NCBI GenBank assembly: GCA_018656065.1
Contig: JABHZY010000024.1
Coordinates: 160,970 to 224,969, forward strand
Reading direction: 5' to 3'
DNA from: Candidatus Komeilibacteria bacterium
GTDB taxonomy: Bacteria > Patescibacteriota > Patescibacteriia > UBA1558 > GWA2-36-10
DNA length: 64,000 nt
Of this stretch, positions 54,367 to 63,992 are shown in pieces. The notes beneath the pieces were generated by a model. The model was not told the origin of the DNA and did no database searches. It saw only the letters and a program-made list of their open reading frames with translations. Made by a program: the position numbers and the translations under genes. Each line of letters opens with the position of its first letter. Position 1 is the stretch's first letter.

Positions 54367-55359
54367 TTAATCTAGATATTTAGCTTTATTCATCAAATGT
54401 TCATCATAATCAATGCTATATATCGCTTCTCCTTCGTGAGTAGTCAGAAAATAATAATAATCATTGCTAGTCGGATAAACTACAGCTTTAATACTATCTA
54501 TGCCTGGATTAGATATTGGCCCAGGTGGCAATCCTCTATACTTGTAAGTATTATATGGTGAATCAATTTCTAAATCAGCATAACTAGGTTGAGCTAAGCC
54601 TTTGCCAGTTACATAATTTACCGTAGCATCTGATTGTAAGCCAATACTAGCTTCAAGTCTTTTCAAAAATACATCCGCTATCATTTTTTTATCCTCATAT
54701 TGAGGCACTTCTCTTTCTATAATAGAAGCTAAATTAACTACTTCAAAGATTGTTTTATCTTGTTTGGCAATTTCGTCTCTAATATCTTGAGTTAATTTTT
54801 TATCAAAATTATTTAAAACTTTTCTAATTAAATCTTCTTCAGTGGTTAATTGATCTACAAAATATGTATCAGGAAAAATATAACCTTCTAGACTAGCGCT
54901 ACCAGGAGCATCAGCTAAGAAATCATAATCCCCTTTCCAACTATTTGCCTTAGAGCTTAGAATCATAAATTTATCACTATCCAACTCTGCCGCTTCTAAA
55001 GTATCAGTCATTAAAGCCCTGGTCCAACCTTCTAACAAAGTAATTGCATATTGAGATTGTCCTGGTCCTAAAACTAAAAGATTGGTCAAATGTCTCACAG
55101 AAATATTTTTTGGTATTTCATAAACACCAGCGATAACTTTACCTTCTGATTTTCTGAGCCATAGCCAAGTTTCAAAAACAAATTTGTTTTTTATTAAATT
55201 GGCGTCATGAAGTTCCTCACTAATGGCATTCACTCCTTGCCCATCTCTAATCACAAAAGTTTTATTATCAGTGCCATTGCCAGACACAATAGATATTAGA
55301 AACCAAATACTAGCTACTATACCAAAAAATACAATTAATTTTATTACAAACTTTGTCAT
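54367..55359 (-). CDS. mltG: endolytic murein transglycosylase (YceG family)
   Basis: 330 aa with an N-terminal TM helix. Motifs are ASIIEREV and SPYNTYKYRGLPPGPISNPG. Confidence 0.85.
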   Translation of the reverse strand: MTKFVIKLIVFFGIVASIWFLISIVSGNGTDNKTFVIRDGQGVNAISEELHDANLIKNKFVFETWLWLRKSEGKVIAGVYEIPKNISVRHLTNLLVLGPGQSQYAITLLEGWTRALMTDTLEAAELDSDKFMILSSKANSWKGDYDFLADAPGSASLEGYIFPDTYFVDQLTTEEDLIRKVLNNFDKKLTQDIRDEIAKQDKTIFEVVNLASIIEREVPQYEDKKMIADVFLKRLEASIGLQSDATVNYVTGKGLAQPSYADLEIDSPYNTYKYRGLPPGPISNPGIDSIKAVVYPTSNDYYYFLTTHEGEAIYSIDYDEHLMNKAKYLD

Positions 55360-56405
55360 AAGTATTTATCTAAATTTTCTTTTTTAATCTCTTTAAGTAA
55401 CTCTTTCACATCTTGAGCTCTGTTGGCTGGACACAAAAGTATAGCATCCTCTGTTTCTACTAATATCATGTCCTCTACTCCAACTGTAGCAATTAATTTT
55501 TTATCGTTGAAACTATATAATAAATTATTTTTACTATCAAGTGTTACTAATTGTTTCGTATTTGAAACATTATTATTACCATCGCTCAAAACATCTTTAA
55601 GGCTTTTCCAGTGCCCAATGTCTGCCCAAGTTAATTCTGCTGGCATAACTAATTTATTTGGCATTTTTTCTAAAAGACCAACATCGATAGAAACTTTATC
55701 TACTTTAGCATATTCTGCCTCTATTAATGACTCATCTTTCTCAATATTTAATAAAGCTTGATAATGCTCGGGCAAATACTCTTTATACCATTTTAATAAT
55801 TCCTTAGCTTTAAATACAAAATACGCTGCATTCCATAAATAATTACCAGATTCTATGAATTGTTTAGCTGTAGATATACCTGGTTTTTCCTTAAAAGATT
55901 GTACTTTGTGTATATTTTTCTTTACTTCTTCTCCTAGCTCAATATAACCAAAACCAGTTTCTGGATATTGAGGTTTTATACCTATAAGCAACATTTGATC
56001 TGATTGGGCTTCAATAATTTGTCCTGCCTCTTTTATTATATCTAAATATTTTTCTTCCTCCTTGATATAATGATCGCTATTAACAGTAGCTATAATTGCC
56101 TCCTCATCTATATTTTTTAATTTCATAGCTGCATAGCCAATAGCCATGGCTGTACCTTTCCCAATTGGTTCTCTAAAAATTTGTCTATCTTCTATATTAA
56201 TTTGCGCCTTAGTGTCATCTGCCATACTAGCGCCAGTTACTACGAAAATATTCTCCTTAGCAAAACCTTTTAAAATACGATCATAAGTATTTTGAATCAA
56301 AGTCTTATCGTTAAGTAATTTTTGAAACTGCTTTGGATTTTTTTTACTAGATAGTGGCCAAAGCCTCTTACCTATTCCACCTGATAATATTAATGGATAA
56401 ATCAT
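55356..56405 (-). CDS. mannose-1-phosphate guanylyltransferase-like nucleotidyltransferase
   Basis: 349 aa with ILSGGIGKRLWPLS at the N-terminus. Confidence 0.7.
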   Translation of the reverse strand: MIYPLILSGGIGKRLWPLSSKKNPKQFQKLLNDKTLIQNTYDRILKGFAKENIFVVTGASMADDTKAQINIEDRQIFREPIGKGTAMAIGYAAMKLKNIDEEAIIATVNSDHYIKEEEKYLDIIKEAGQIIEAQSDQMLLIGIKPQYPETGFGYIELGEEVKKNIHKVQSFKEKPGISTAKQFIESGNYLWNAAYFVFKAKELLKWYKEYLPEHYQALLNIEKDESLIEAEYAKVDKVSIDVGLLEKMPNKLVMPAELTWADIGHWKSLKDVLSDGNNNVSNTKQLVTLDSKNNLLYSFNDKKLIATVGVEDMILVETEDAILLCPANRAQDVKELLKEIKKENLDKYL

Positions 56406-57152
56406 TTAAGTTAATTTTATAATTAAAGATAAAATAAGTGTGTATACAAAAAATAAATAAAAATAATCTCGCTTCATAATAAGCTTGAGTAGAATTAAAG
56501 ATAGATAGCCTATTATAAAAGTAAGTACAAAAGCTAAAATATAAATTGGCTCAAAAACAAATCCACGAGCAGTTAATAAAAATGATCCCAACATAGCTGG
56601 AATAGCCACTATAAATCCATAATCAAAAGCTTGAGTCTTTTTTATTTTCATAGCTAAAGCCAAAACTATAACTACTCCACTTCTAGATAAACCAGGCAGA
56701 ACAGCAAAACCTTGTACTATACCTAAAACCACGGCGTGTTTCCAGGTTAAGGATTGACCTCCTTTAGTAAATTTACTAGCCAAGAGTAAAATAGCAGTAA
56801 TCAAAAGCCAATTAGCAACAGAATCAACCGTACGGAAAGACTCTATATTTTGATATAAATGATAGCCAATAATCGCTGTAAATATATTAGAAATAATTAC
56901 GTACCACCACCAATTTTCTTTTTTGTTTTTTTTGGGATCAAAAGGAGCTTTAATAATTTCAATAATTTGTTTTTTAAAAAACAATAAAATAACAGCCAAG
57001 GAAGCAATGTGTAAAAATATATCAAAAGACAAGCTAGCTTCTTTAATATCAAGCCATTTCTCAAACAAAACTAAATGGCCAGAACTAGAAATAGGTAACC
57101 ATTCAGCTATACCTTGTACAATGCTTAAAATTAACGCTTCTGTGAATTCCAT
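56406..57152 (-). CDS. uppP: undecaprenyl-diphosphate phosphatase
   Basis: 248 aa with EWLPISSSGHL and PGLSRSG. Confidence 0.85.
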   Translation of the reverse strand: MEFTEALILSIVQGIAEWLPISSSGHLVLFEKWLDIKEASLSFDIFLHIASLAVILLFFKKQIIEIIKAPFDPKKNKKENWWWYVIISNIFTAIIGYHLYQNIESFRTVDSVANWLLITAILLLASKFTKGGQSLTWKHAVVLGIVQGFAVLPGLSRSGVVIVLALAMKIKKTQAFDYGFIVAIPAMLGSFLLTARGFVFEPIYILAFVLTFIIGYLSLILLKLIMKRDYFYLFFVYTLILSLIIKLT

Positions 57153-57212
57153 TTTAATTACTTTATTTTTCTGTTATAATGACTTTATAATAATATATAT
57201 AATAAATCAAAT

Positions 57213-57647
57213 ATGAATGAATACAAGTTTTTCCTAATCCCCCTACTCGCCTTAGTGATCAACCAAATTATCAAATTAATCATTTTCCTAATAAAAGGTA
57301 GGTTTTCTTGGTCTCAAATATTTTCTTATGGTGGCATGCCATCTTCTCATACTGCCCTCTCTACTTCATTAGTGATTACCATGGGATATCTTAGGGGCTT
57401 AAATTCACCAGAATTTGCTATATCTTTGATTGTGGCTATTGTAATAGTTAAAGACGCTGCTGGTATTAGACGAAAATTAGGCAAACAAGCTTCAATAATC
57501 AATCACTTGATTAAAAAACTACCAGCTAAAGAAGGTTATAAATTTCCTGTGCTAAATGAACGATTTGGTCATACCAATGCTGAAATATTAGTTGGCTTTC
57601 TACTTGGTATTTTCACTACATATCTATTGATAAAACTAATAGTATAA
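57213..57647 (+). CDS. divergent PAP2 family membrane protein
   Basis: 144 aa with GGMPSSHTA and GHTNAEILVG. Confidence 0.7.
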   Translation: MNEYKFFLIPLLALVINQIIKLIIFLIKGRFSWSQIFSYGGMPSSHTALSTSLVITMGYLRGLNSPEFAISLIVAIVIVKDAAGIRRKLGKQASIINHLIKKLPAKEGYKFPVLNERFGHTNAEILVGFLLGIFTTYLLIKLIV

Positions 57648-57649
57648 AT

Positions 57650-59227
57650 TTAGATTAAAGAGCTGCCGGTCATTTCCGGTGGTTTTTTGATACCCATAAT
57701 TTTTAATACTGTAGGTGGCACGTCAGCTAAAACTCCTACTGGAGTGACATGACTAAGGTCTGTGCCAACATTACCAGCTAAAACACTTTTTCCCGCAAAA
57801 TCATCACCAACGATAAATAATGGTACTGGGTTGTTGGAATGTAATTTGCTGATTTCACCACTTTGAAGATCATAAAGTTTTTCTGCATTACCATGATCAG
57901 CAGTTATTAAAGTTAAACCTCCATAGGACAAAACAGTATCTACCAATTCTCCAATTAATTGATCTATAATTTCTATAGCTTCTATAGTTGCTTGCATATT
58001 TCCCGTATGCCCAACCATATCTGGATTAGCATAATTAACTACAATAAAATCATATTGCCCTTCTTTAATGGCTTGAGTAATTTTTGAAGTAAGTTCTCGA
58101 GCTGACATAGCTGGCTTCTCAGCATAGGAAGTAACTTGAGGGGAAGGAACTAAAACTCTATCCTCTCCTTCGTAAATAGTTTCCTGTCCACCATTAAAAA
58201 AATAAGTAACGTGAGCATATTTTTCAGTTTCAGCAATATGAAGTTGTTTAAGCCCTGCCTCAGATAAAACTTTAGCTAAAGGCACATCTATAACCAAGGG
58301 TGGAAAAGCCACTTGGACAGGTAAATCTTTTTCATATTCTGCCATAGTAACCATAAAAAGATTTTTAAAATATGGTCTTTTGAATTTTTCAAAACCTGGC
58401 AGAGTTAAAGCCTGTGTTAATTGCCTAGCTCTATCTGATCTAAAATTAAAAAATATTACACTATCACCATCTTTGATGGTACCTTTTGGTTTGCCAAGAT
58501 CATCTAATATTACAGTTGGTACAAACTCTTCATCGTAGACTTCTTTATCATATGATGCTTGAATAGCCTCCAAAGCATCTTCATATTTTTCATCTGATTC
58601 GCCATCTACTATAGCTCGCCAACTTTTTTCTATTCTATCCCAACGATTATCTCGATCCATAGCATAAAAACGGCCACTCAAACTAGCCACCACTCCAATA
58701 CCAACCTTTTTTAATTTTTCTTGTAATTTACTAACAAAATTAATACCACTATTACGAGGAGTATCACGACCATCTAAAAAAGCATGCACATAAACTCTAG
58801 ACACTTTTTGTTGATGAGCTAATTCTAATAAAGCATACAAATGTTCATTATAACTATGAATACCTCCTGAACTTACTAAACCTATAAGGTGTAAAGCCTT
58901 TTCATTCTTATTAGCATTTTCACAAGCCTTAATAAAAGTTTCATTATTATAAAACTCTCCATCTGTGATAGCTTTAGTAATCCTAGGTAAATTTTGATAA
59001 GGAATTACTCCTGAACCTAAAGAAAGATGACCTACTTGGGAATTGCCCATTTCACCCCAAGAAAGCCCCACTGCTTCACCGCTAGCTGCCAAAGGCATAA
59101 TAGGATAGTTCTGTGAATATTTATCAAAATTTGGTGTTTTAGCTAATGAAATAGCATTAGATCTAGAAGGCGGAGCAATGCCAAATCCATCTAATATTAC
59201 GAGTACTACTGGTCTAGGTCTTTTCAT
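57650..59227 (-). CDS. gpmI: 2,3-bisphosphoglycerate-independent phosphoglycerate mutase, copy 1
   Basis: 525 aa with ILDGFG, GNSQVGH (catalytic Ser), DMVGHTG and TADHGNAE. Confidence 0.85.
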   Translation of the reverse strand: MKRPRPVVLVILDGFGIAPPSRSNAISLAKTPNFDKYSQNYPIMPLAASGEAVGLSWGEMGNSQVGHLSLGSGVIPYQNLPRITKAITDGEFYNNETFIKACENANKNEKALHLIGLVSSGGIHSYNEHLYALLELAHQQKVSRVYVHAFLDGRDTPRNSGINFVSKLQEKLKKVGIGVVASLSGRFYAMDRDNRWDRIEKSWRAIVDGESDEKYEDALEAIQASYDKEVYDEEFVPTVILDDLGKPKGTIKDGDSVIFFNFRSDRARQLTQALTLPGFEKFKRPYFKNLFMVTMAEYEKDLPVQVAFPPLVIDVPLAKVLSEAGLKQLHIAETEKYAHVTYFFNGGQETIYEGEDRVLVPSPQVTSYAEKPAMSARELTSKITQAIKEGQYDFIVVNYANPDMVGHTGNMQATIEAIEIIDQLIGELVDTVLSYGGLTLITADHGNAEKLYDLQSGEISKLHSNNPVPLFIVGDDFAGKSVLAGNVGTDLSHVTPVGVLADVPPTVLKIMGIKKPPEMTGSSLI

Positions 59228-59228
59228 T

Positions 59229-60794
59229 TTATTTAATAATTAAAGATTTTTCACTTATTAATTTTGGTTTCTTTATATTTAATATATCTAAAACAGTTGG
59301 TGCTATACTAGCTAATTTACCATTAGCTCTTAATTTAAAATCATGATGATTAACAATAATAAAAGGCACTGGATTAATAGAATGCTCAGTATCAATTTCC
59401 CTAGTCTTTAAATTAATCATCTCTTCTACATTACCATGATCAGCAGTAATAATAACTGTGCCTTGTTTTGCTAAAGTTGCTTTAATAATCTGGCCAACAG
59501 ATTTATCTACTAATTCTACTGCCTTGATGCCAGCTTCTAAATTACCAGTATGCCCGACCATATCTGGAGCTGCAAAATTAGCTAAGACAAAATCATATTT
59601 ATCAACTTTAAGATCTTTAATAACTCGCTTAGTTAATTCAACAGTACTCATAGCTGGATCTTCGGCATAAGAATTAACATCTTTAGAAGGAATAACTATC
59701 CAATCTTCTCCAGCCACCGGATGAGCATATCCGCCGTTGAAAAAATAAGTGACGTGGGCATATTTTTCTGTTTCAGCAATGTAACATTGACGAATATCCT
59801 TAAGAGCCATTGGTAAAGTATCTGGAATATCAATACCAGGATAAGCTGTTAGTACACCTTCTAAGTCAGGTCCGAAATCTGTTAAAGCCACGAACAATAA
59901 ATTTTCAATTTTTTTACCGGGTTTAAAAGCTCCTGGATTTTTTTTAGTAAAATTTGGCTGAGCAAAAGTTTTGCTCAGTTGTCGAGCTCTATCTGATCTC
60001 AAATTAAAAAATATAACTGAATCATTACTATTAATAGCGCCAATTGGCTTGCCATTTTTATCAACCACAACAGAGGGCTCGATAAATTCATCGCTTTCTC
60101 CTCTATTATAGCCTTGATTTACTGCTTCTACAGCGCTAGTAACTTGATGCCCCTTACCCCTAACTAAAGCATCAAAAGCCTTTTTAGTTCTTGGCCAAGA
60201 TTTTTTTCTATCCATAGCATAAAAACGACCCATAACACTAGCAATCTTGACTCTATCGCTATTAAATATTGATGTATATTGACTAAGAATTTTAAGTGCT
60301 GCAAATGGTGGAGAATCACGACCATCACTGAAAAGATGAAGATATATATTTTGCTTAGTACGGCTAATAAAAAAACTGATTAAGGACAAAATATGATCAT
60401 CATTAGAATGAGGACTAGAACCATCTGATAAAAGTCCCATTAAATGAACGTCTGAATTATGTTCTGTTACATGATGGGCCGCTTGCAAGAAAGCGGGATT
60501 TTTAAAAAAGGTACCATTATTAATACTCTTAGAAATAATCACCGCATCTTGCTCAACTACTCTGCCTGCCCCGATATTCATATGACCAGCTTCTGAATTA
60601 CCGGGTTGCTTGTTCGACAAACCAACGTCTTTAGCAGAAGCCTGCAATAAAGTATTAGGATATTTTTTGTAAAGCTCGTCTATAACTGGAGTTTTAGCCA
60701 AAGCAATAGCATTACCTTCTTTTTTATCCCAAACACCCCAACCATCTAATATTAAAAGCAATAAAGGCGTATTAATTTTCTCTATATCTGACAT
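59229..60794 (-). CDS. gpmI: 2,3-bisphosphoglycerate-independent phosphoglycerate mutase, copy 2 (divergent tandem paralog)
   Basis: 521 aa with ILDGWG, GNSEAGH, DMVGHTG and TADHGNVE. Confidence 0.8.
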   Translation of the reverse strand: MSDIEKINTPLLLLILDGWGVWDKKEGNAIALAKTPVIDELYKKYPNTLLQASAKDVGLSNKQPGNSEAGHMNIGAGRVVEQDAVIISKSINNGTFFKNPAFLQAAHHVTEHNSDVHLMGLLSDGSSPHSNDDHILSLISFFISRTKQNIYLHLFSDGRDSPPFAALKILSQYTSIFNSDRVKIASVMGRFYAMDRKKSWPRTKKAFDALVRGKGHQVTSAVEAVNQGYNRGESDEFIEPSVVVDKNGKPIGAINSNDSVIFFNLRSDRARQLSKTFAQPNFTKKNPGAFKPGKKIENLLFVALTDFGPDLEGVLTAYPGIDIPDTLPMALKDIRQCYIAETEKYAHVTYFFNGGYAHPVAGEDWIVIPSKDVNSYAEDPAMSTVELTKRVIKDLKVDKYDFVLANFAAPDMVGHTGNLEAGIKAVELVDKSVGQIIKATLAKQGTVIITADHGNVEEMINLKTREIDTEHSINPVPFIIVNHHDFKLRANGKLASIAPTVLDILNIKKPKLISEKSLIIK

Positions 60795-60797
60795 ATA

Positions 60798-62069
60798 TTA
60801 TTTTAATTTTTGTTCAATTTTTAATAATCTATTGTATTTAACAGTTCTTTCTCCTCTAGCAGTAGAGCCGGTTTTTATATAATCAGCATTTACAGCTACT
60901 GCTAAATCAGCAATGGTAGTATCTGAAGTTTCGCCACTTCTATGGGAAACTATTACCTTATAATCATTATCTCTAGCCTCTCTAATAACTTCTAAAGTCT
61001 CTGTTAAAGTGCCAATCTGATTAAATTTAATAAGAATTGTATTGGCCACTCCCATTTTTATACCTTTTTTGAAACGTTCAATATTAGTTACAAAAAGATC
61101 ATCACCAATTATTTTAATATTATTAGTTTTTATGAATTCGTCTTTACTAATGTCGGCCCAAGCTCCCCAATCTTCTTGATCCAGAGGGTCTTCTACTAAA
61201 GTCAGCGGATAAAGTTCCATTAAGTCAAAATAAAAATCTATCAATTCATCATCTGTAAAAACTTTACCCTCTAGATCTAAATTATAAACTTTTTTCTTTT
61301 CATCATAAAATTCTGAAGCCCCAGCATCAATTCCTAAAAATATATCCTTCCCTGGCTTATAACCACTAGATTCTATGGCATGAATTATAAACTCAAAGAC
61401 TTGTTTGTGTGATTTTACATTTGGCGCATAGCCCCCTTCATTGCCTAAATCAGTATCGTGCCCAGCCACTTCTAAAAGATCACCCAGTTTATGAAAAACC
61501 TCACTAGCCTGTCTTAACTTTTCGGAAAAAGTTTTGGCTTTTTCAGGAGCCAACCAAAATTCCTGAATATTAATATTAGTAGAAGCATGTGCTCCGCCAT
61601 TTATAACATTAACTACTGGCGTGGGCAGATTATATTTTTTCAATTTTGGATTATACAAACTACGTAAATGTTCATATAATTCTATATTATTAAATTTAGC
61701 AGCAGTATGAGCTACAGCTAAAGAAACTGACAAAATAGCATTGGCCCCTAATTTGCTTTTATTATTTGTACCATCTAGCTTGATCATCAAACTATCAATT
61801 TTAACTTGCTGAGTGACAGATAAACCACTTAGCTCTTGATTCAAAACATCATTAACATTAGCGATAGCCTTAAGCACTCCCTTACCTTCATATCTGCTTT
61901 TATCACCATCTCTAAGCTCGTGAGCCTCAAACTTACCAGTAGAGGCTCCTGAGGGTACTGCGGCACTGGCAGATATTCCATTAGACAACTCCACTGTGGT
62001 TTCGATAGTCGGATTACCTCGGGAATCAAGAATTTCTATAGCACTAATTTTCTTTATTTTATCTGGCAT
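60798..62069 (-). CDS. eno: enolase
   Basis: 423 aa with SAIEILDSRGNPT and SHRSGETSDTTIADLAV. Confidence 0.9.
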   Translation of the reverse strand: MPDKIKKISAIEILDSRGNPTIETTVELSNGISASAAVPSGASTGKFEAHELRDGDKSRYEGKGVLKAIANVNDVLNQELSGLSVTQQVKIDSLMIKLDGTNNKSKLGANAILSVSLAVAHTAAKFNNIELYEHLRSLYNPKLKKYNLPTPVVNVINGGAHASTNINIQEFWLAPEKAKTFSEKLRQASEVFHKLGDLLEVAGHDTDLGNEGGYAPNVKSHKQVFEFIIHAIESSGYKPGKDIFLGIDAGASEFYDEKKKVYNLDLEGKVFTDDELIDFYFDLMELYPLTLVEDPLDQEDWGAWADISKDEFIKTNNIKIIGDDLFVTNIERFKKGIKMGVANTILIKFNQIGTLTETLEVIREARDNDYKVIVSHRSGETSDTTIADLAVAVNADYIKTGSTARGERTVKYNRLLKIEQKLK

Positions 62070-62072
62070 ATT

Positions 62073-63236
62073 TTATTTTATTAATTTGTCTAAAGATGGC
62101 ATCTTGCCGCCGCCTAAAAAAGTTAACATAGCTCCACCACCTGTAGATATAAAATGAAATTGTTTATCTAATTTTAATTTTTGAGCTAGTTCTACTGTTT
62201 CTCCGCCACCTAATATTACTTTGGCCTTTGTTTTAGTTAAAATCTGCATTATTTGTTTTGATCCTTTAATATAAATTGGATTTTCAAAATATCCAAAAGG
62301 ACCATTCCAAATTACCAATTTAGCCTTAGCTAAAATATCAGTAAATTGATCTAAAGTTTCAGGGCCAATATCTAAAATCATCTCATTTTTAACTACATCA
62401 GCTACTGTAACAATCTTTCTTTTCTTAGCTTTAAATCCACTAGCTACAGCTGCATCTAAAGGCATTTCTACTATACCACCTAATAATTCCTTGGCTAGCT
62501 TCATAGAATCTTTATCAAACAAAGACTTACCAATATTATAACCGCTAGCTTTCAACATGGTATTAGCTAAAGCTCCACCTACTAAAACATTATCCGCTTT
62601 TTTACTAAGTTTTTTGATCAATTTCATTTTAGTGGCTGCTTTAGCTCCACCAAATATAATTACTAAACCTTTTTTAATATTAAGAATTTGTGACAAATGC
62701 TCTATTTCATCTCTGATTAAAAATCCAGCGTAAGCAGGTAAATAATGAGTAATGGCTTCCATAGAAGAATCAGCCCGATGTAAATTACCAAAAGCATCAT
62801 TAACATAAACATCGCCCAATTTAGCAATAGCTTTGGCTAGACGTTTACAATTTAATTTTTCACGAGGCTCAAAACGAATGTTCTCAAGCATGGCCACTGA
62901 TCCATTAGACATCTCCTGACTATCTTCTTCGTAATCTCTAAAATCATCAGCCCAAAATTCTATATCTTGTCCTAACTTTTTACTCAAAGCTTGAGCTACT
63001 GGTAAAAGAGATAATTTTGGATCTACCTTGCCTTTAGGTCTACCCAAATGAGCTATAATAATAACTTTAGCTTTTTGCTTAAGTAAATACTTTATCGTGG
63101 GAACAGCTCTATCTAACCTCCAATCGCCGTGCTGCTCTACTTTGCCCTGGTCATCAAGTGGTACATTAAGATCTAGACGTAGTAGTACTCGTTGACCAGA
63201 TATTTTTTTTATTTGATCTATTATTTTTAATTTCAT
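62073..63236 (-). CDS. pgk: phosphoglycerate kinase
   Basis: 387 aa with VLLRLDLNVP and NGPFGYFE. Confidence 0.9.
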   Translation of the reverse strand: MKLKIIDQIKKISGQRVLLRLDLNVPLDDQGKVEQHGDWRLDRAVPTIKYLLKQKAKVIIIAHLGRPKGKVDPKLSLLPVAQALSKKLGQDIEFWADDFRDYEEDSQEMSNGSVAMLENIRFEPREKLNCKRLAKAIAKLGDVYVNDAFGNLHRADSSMEAITHYLPAYAGFLIRDEIEHLSQILNIKKGLVIIFGGAKAATKMKLIKKLSKKADNVLVGGALANTMLKASGYNIGKSLFDKDSMKLAKELLGGIVEMPLDAAVASGFKAKKRKIVTVADVVKNEMILDIGPETLDQFTDILAKAKLVIWNGPFGYFENPIYIKGSKQIMQILTKTKAKVILGGGETVELAQKLKLDKQFHFISTGGGAMLTFLGGGKMPSLDKLIK

Positions 63237-63245
63237 AATAAACTA

Positions 63246-63611
63246 CTATTCTTTTGGTATAAAAATACTTGTTACAAAATCATGTTCGGCCAACTCACAA
63301 AGTACATCAGTCGGAATCTGAGCTAAACCATGATCAAATATCCAAGAATCTTTTCTCATACTAACGCCTAATTTATTTAATTCTGTAGTCACTTCTTCAC
63401 TAATTGGCACTTCTTTAAAGCTAATAAAAGCTCCAATTAGACTAGTATCACCCCTCAGACTATAAACTGAAGCATCTATTTTATCAGAAGCACAGCCAGC
63501 AGTATATTGTAAAATATTTTCTTCTACTGGTTGCTCATTAGTAGAATAAAAAATAAAGCCTAAAACTACGGCAATTACTAATAAAATAATCATTATATAT
63601 TCTTTTTTCAT
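63246..63611 (-). CDS. hypothetical membrane-anchored protein
   Basis: 121 aa with an N-terminal TM helix. It lies upstream of pgk. Confidence 0.45.
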   Translation of the reverse strand: MKKEYIMIILLVIAVVLGFIFYSTNEQPVEENILQYTAGCASDKIDASVYSLRGDTSLIGAFISFKEVPISEEVTTELNKLGVSMRKDSWIFDHGLAQIPTDVLCELAEHDFVTSIFIPKE

Positions 63612-63698
63612 ACAATAAATAAAGAAATTTAATATTAAACTGTAAGAGTATTATAACATTTTTGAAAGATTTTTGAAACTAAAATTTAACTGTTATTA

Positions 63699-63727
63699 TT
63701 GACAAATACAAAGATCAATGTTATGAT
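63699..63727 (+). promoter_or_regulatory. promoter of the small GC-rich cassette
   Basis: TTGACA (63699-63704), 17 nt, TATGAT (63722-63727). The track ORF start at 63699 is this -35 box read as a TTG codon. Confidence 0.55.
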
Positions 63728-63797
63728 AATTGTTCGTTCATTTTCGCCGCCCTATCATAGGGCACTTACTCGATGTTTCCGTCAGGAAAGGATGTCT

Positions 63798-63917
63798 ATG
63801 ACGCGCGAACAAAAACAAGCATTCGGTTACGGATTCGGCAGGTTCGCCCTGCAGTACAAGCTCTGGAAGTTCATCTTCCTCTTCTCGTTAATCATCGGCC
63901 TAGCCGCCAGGAGCTGA
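63798..63917 (+). CDS. 39-aa small membrane peptide
   Basis: MTREQKQAFGYGFGRFALQYKLWKFIFLFSLIIGLAARS. A GGAAAGG SD lies 6 nt upstream and can be sequestered by the hairpin tttcc-gtca-ggaaa. Confidence 0.45.
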   Translation: MTREQKQAFGYGFGRFALQYKLWKFIFLFSLIIGLAARS

Positions 63918-63949
63918 CATCATGACTGCTGAGCAGTCTTTCACATATG

Positions 63950-63992
63950 ACCATTCTTTTAAGCTTCGGCTTGATTGAATGGTTTTCTTTTT
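63950..63992 (+). terminator. intrinsic terminator of the small cassette
   Basis: An accattc...gaatggt stem with an inner aagc-ttcg-gctt tetraloop hairpin, then tttcttttt. Confidence 0.6.

Noticed and set aside
63922-63978. A second mini-ORF (MTAEQSFTYDHSFKLRLD) after the 39-aa peptide gene.
   Set aside because: It has no SD and overlaps the palindrome and terminator stem. It is most likely non-coding.
18733-63992. The GC-rich blocks as assembly chimeras or contamination.
   Set aside because: Each block is short (0.3-2.6 kb) and flanked on both sides by native genes in conserved-looking order. Each fits an intergenic spacer and uses native-style promoters. Six independent chimeric joins of that kind are unlikely. 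Only read-level evidence can fully exclude this.
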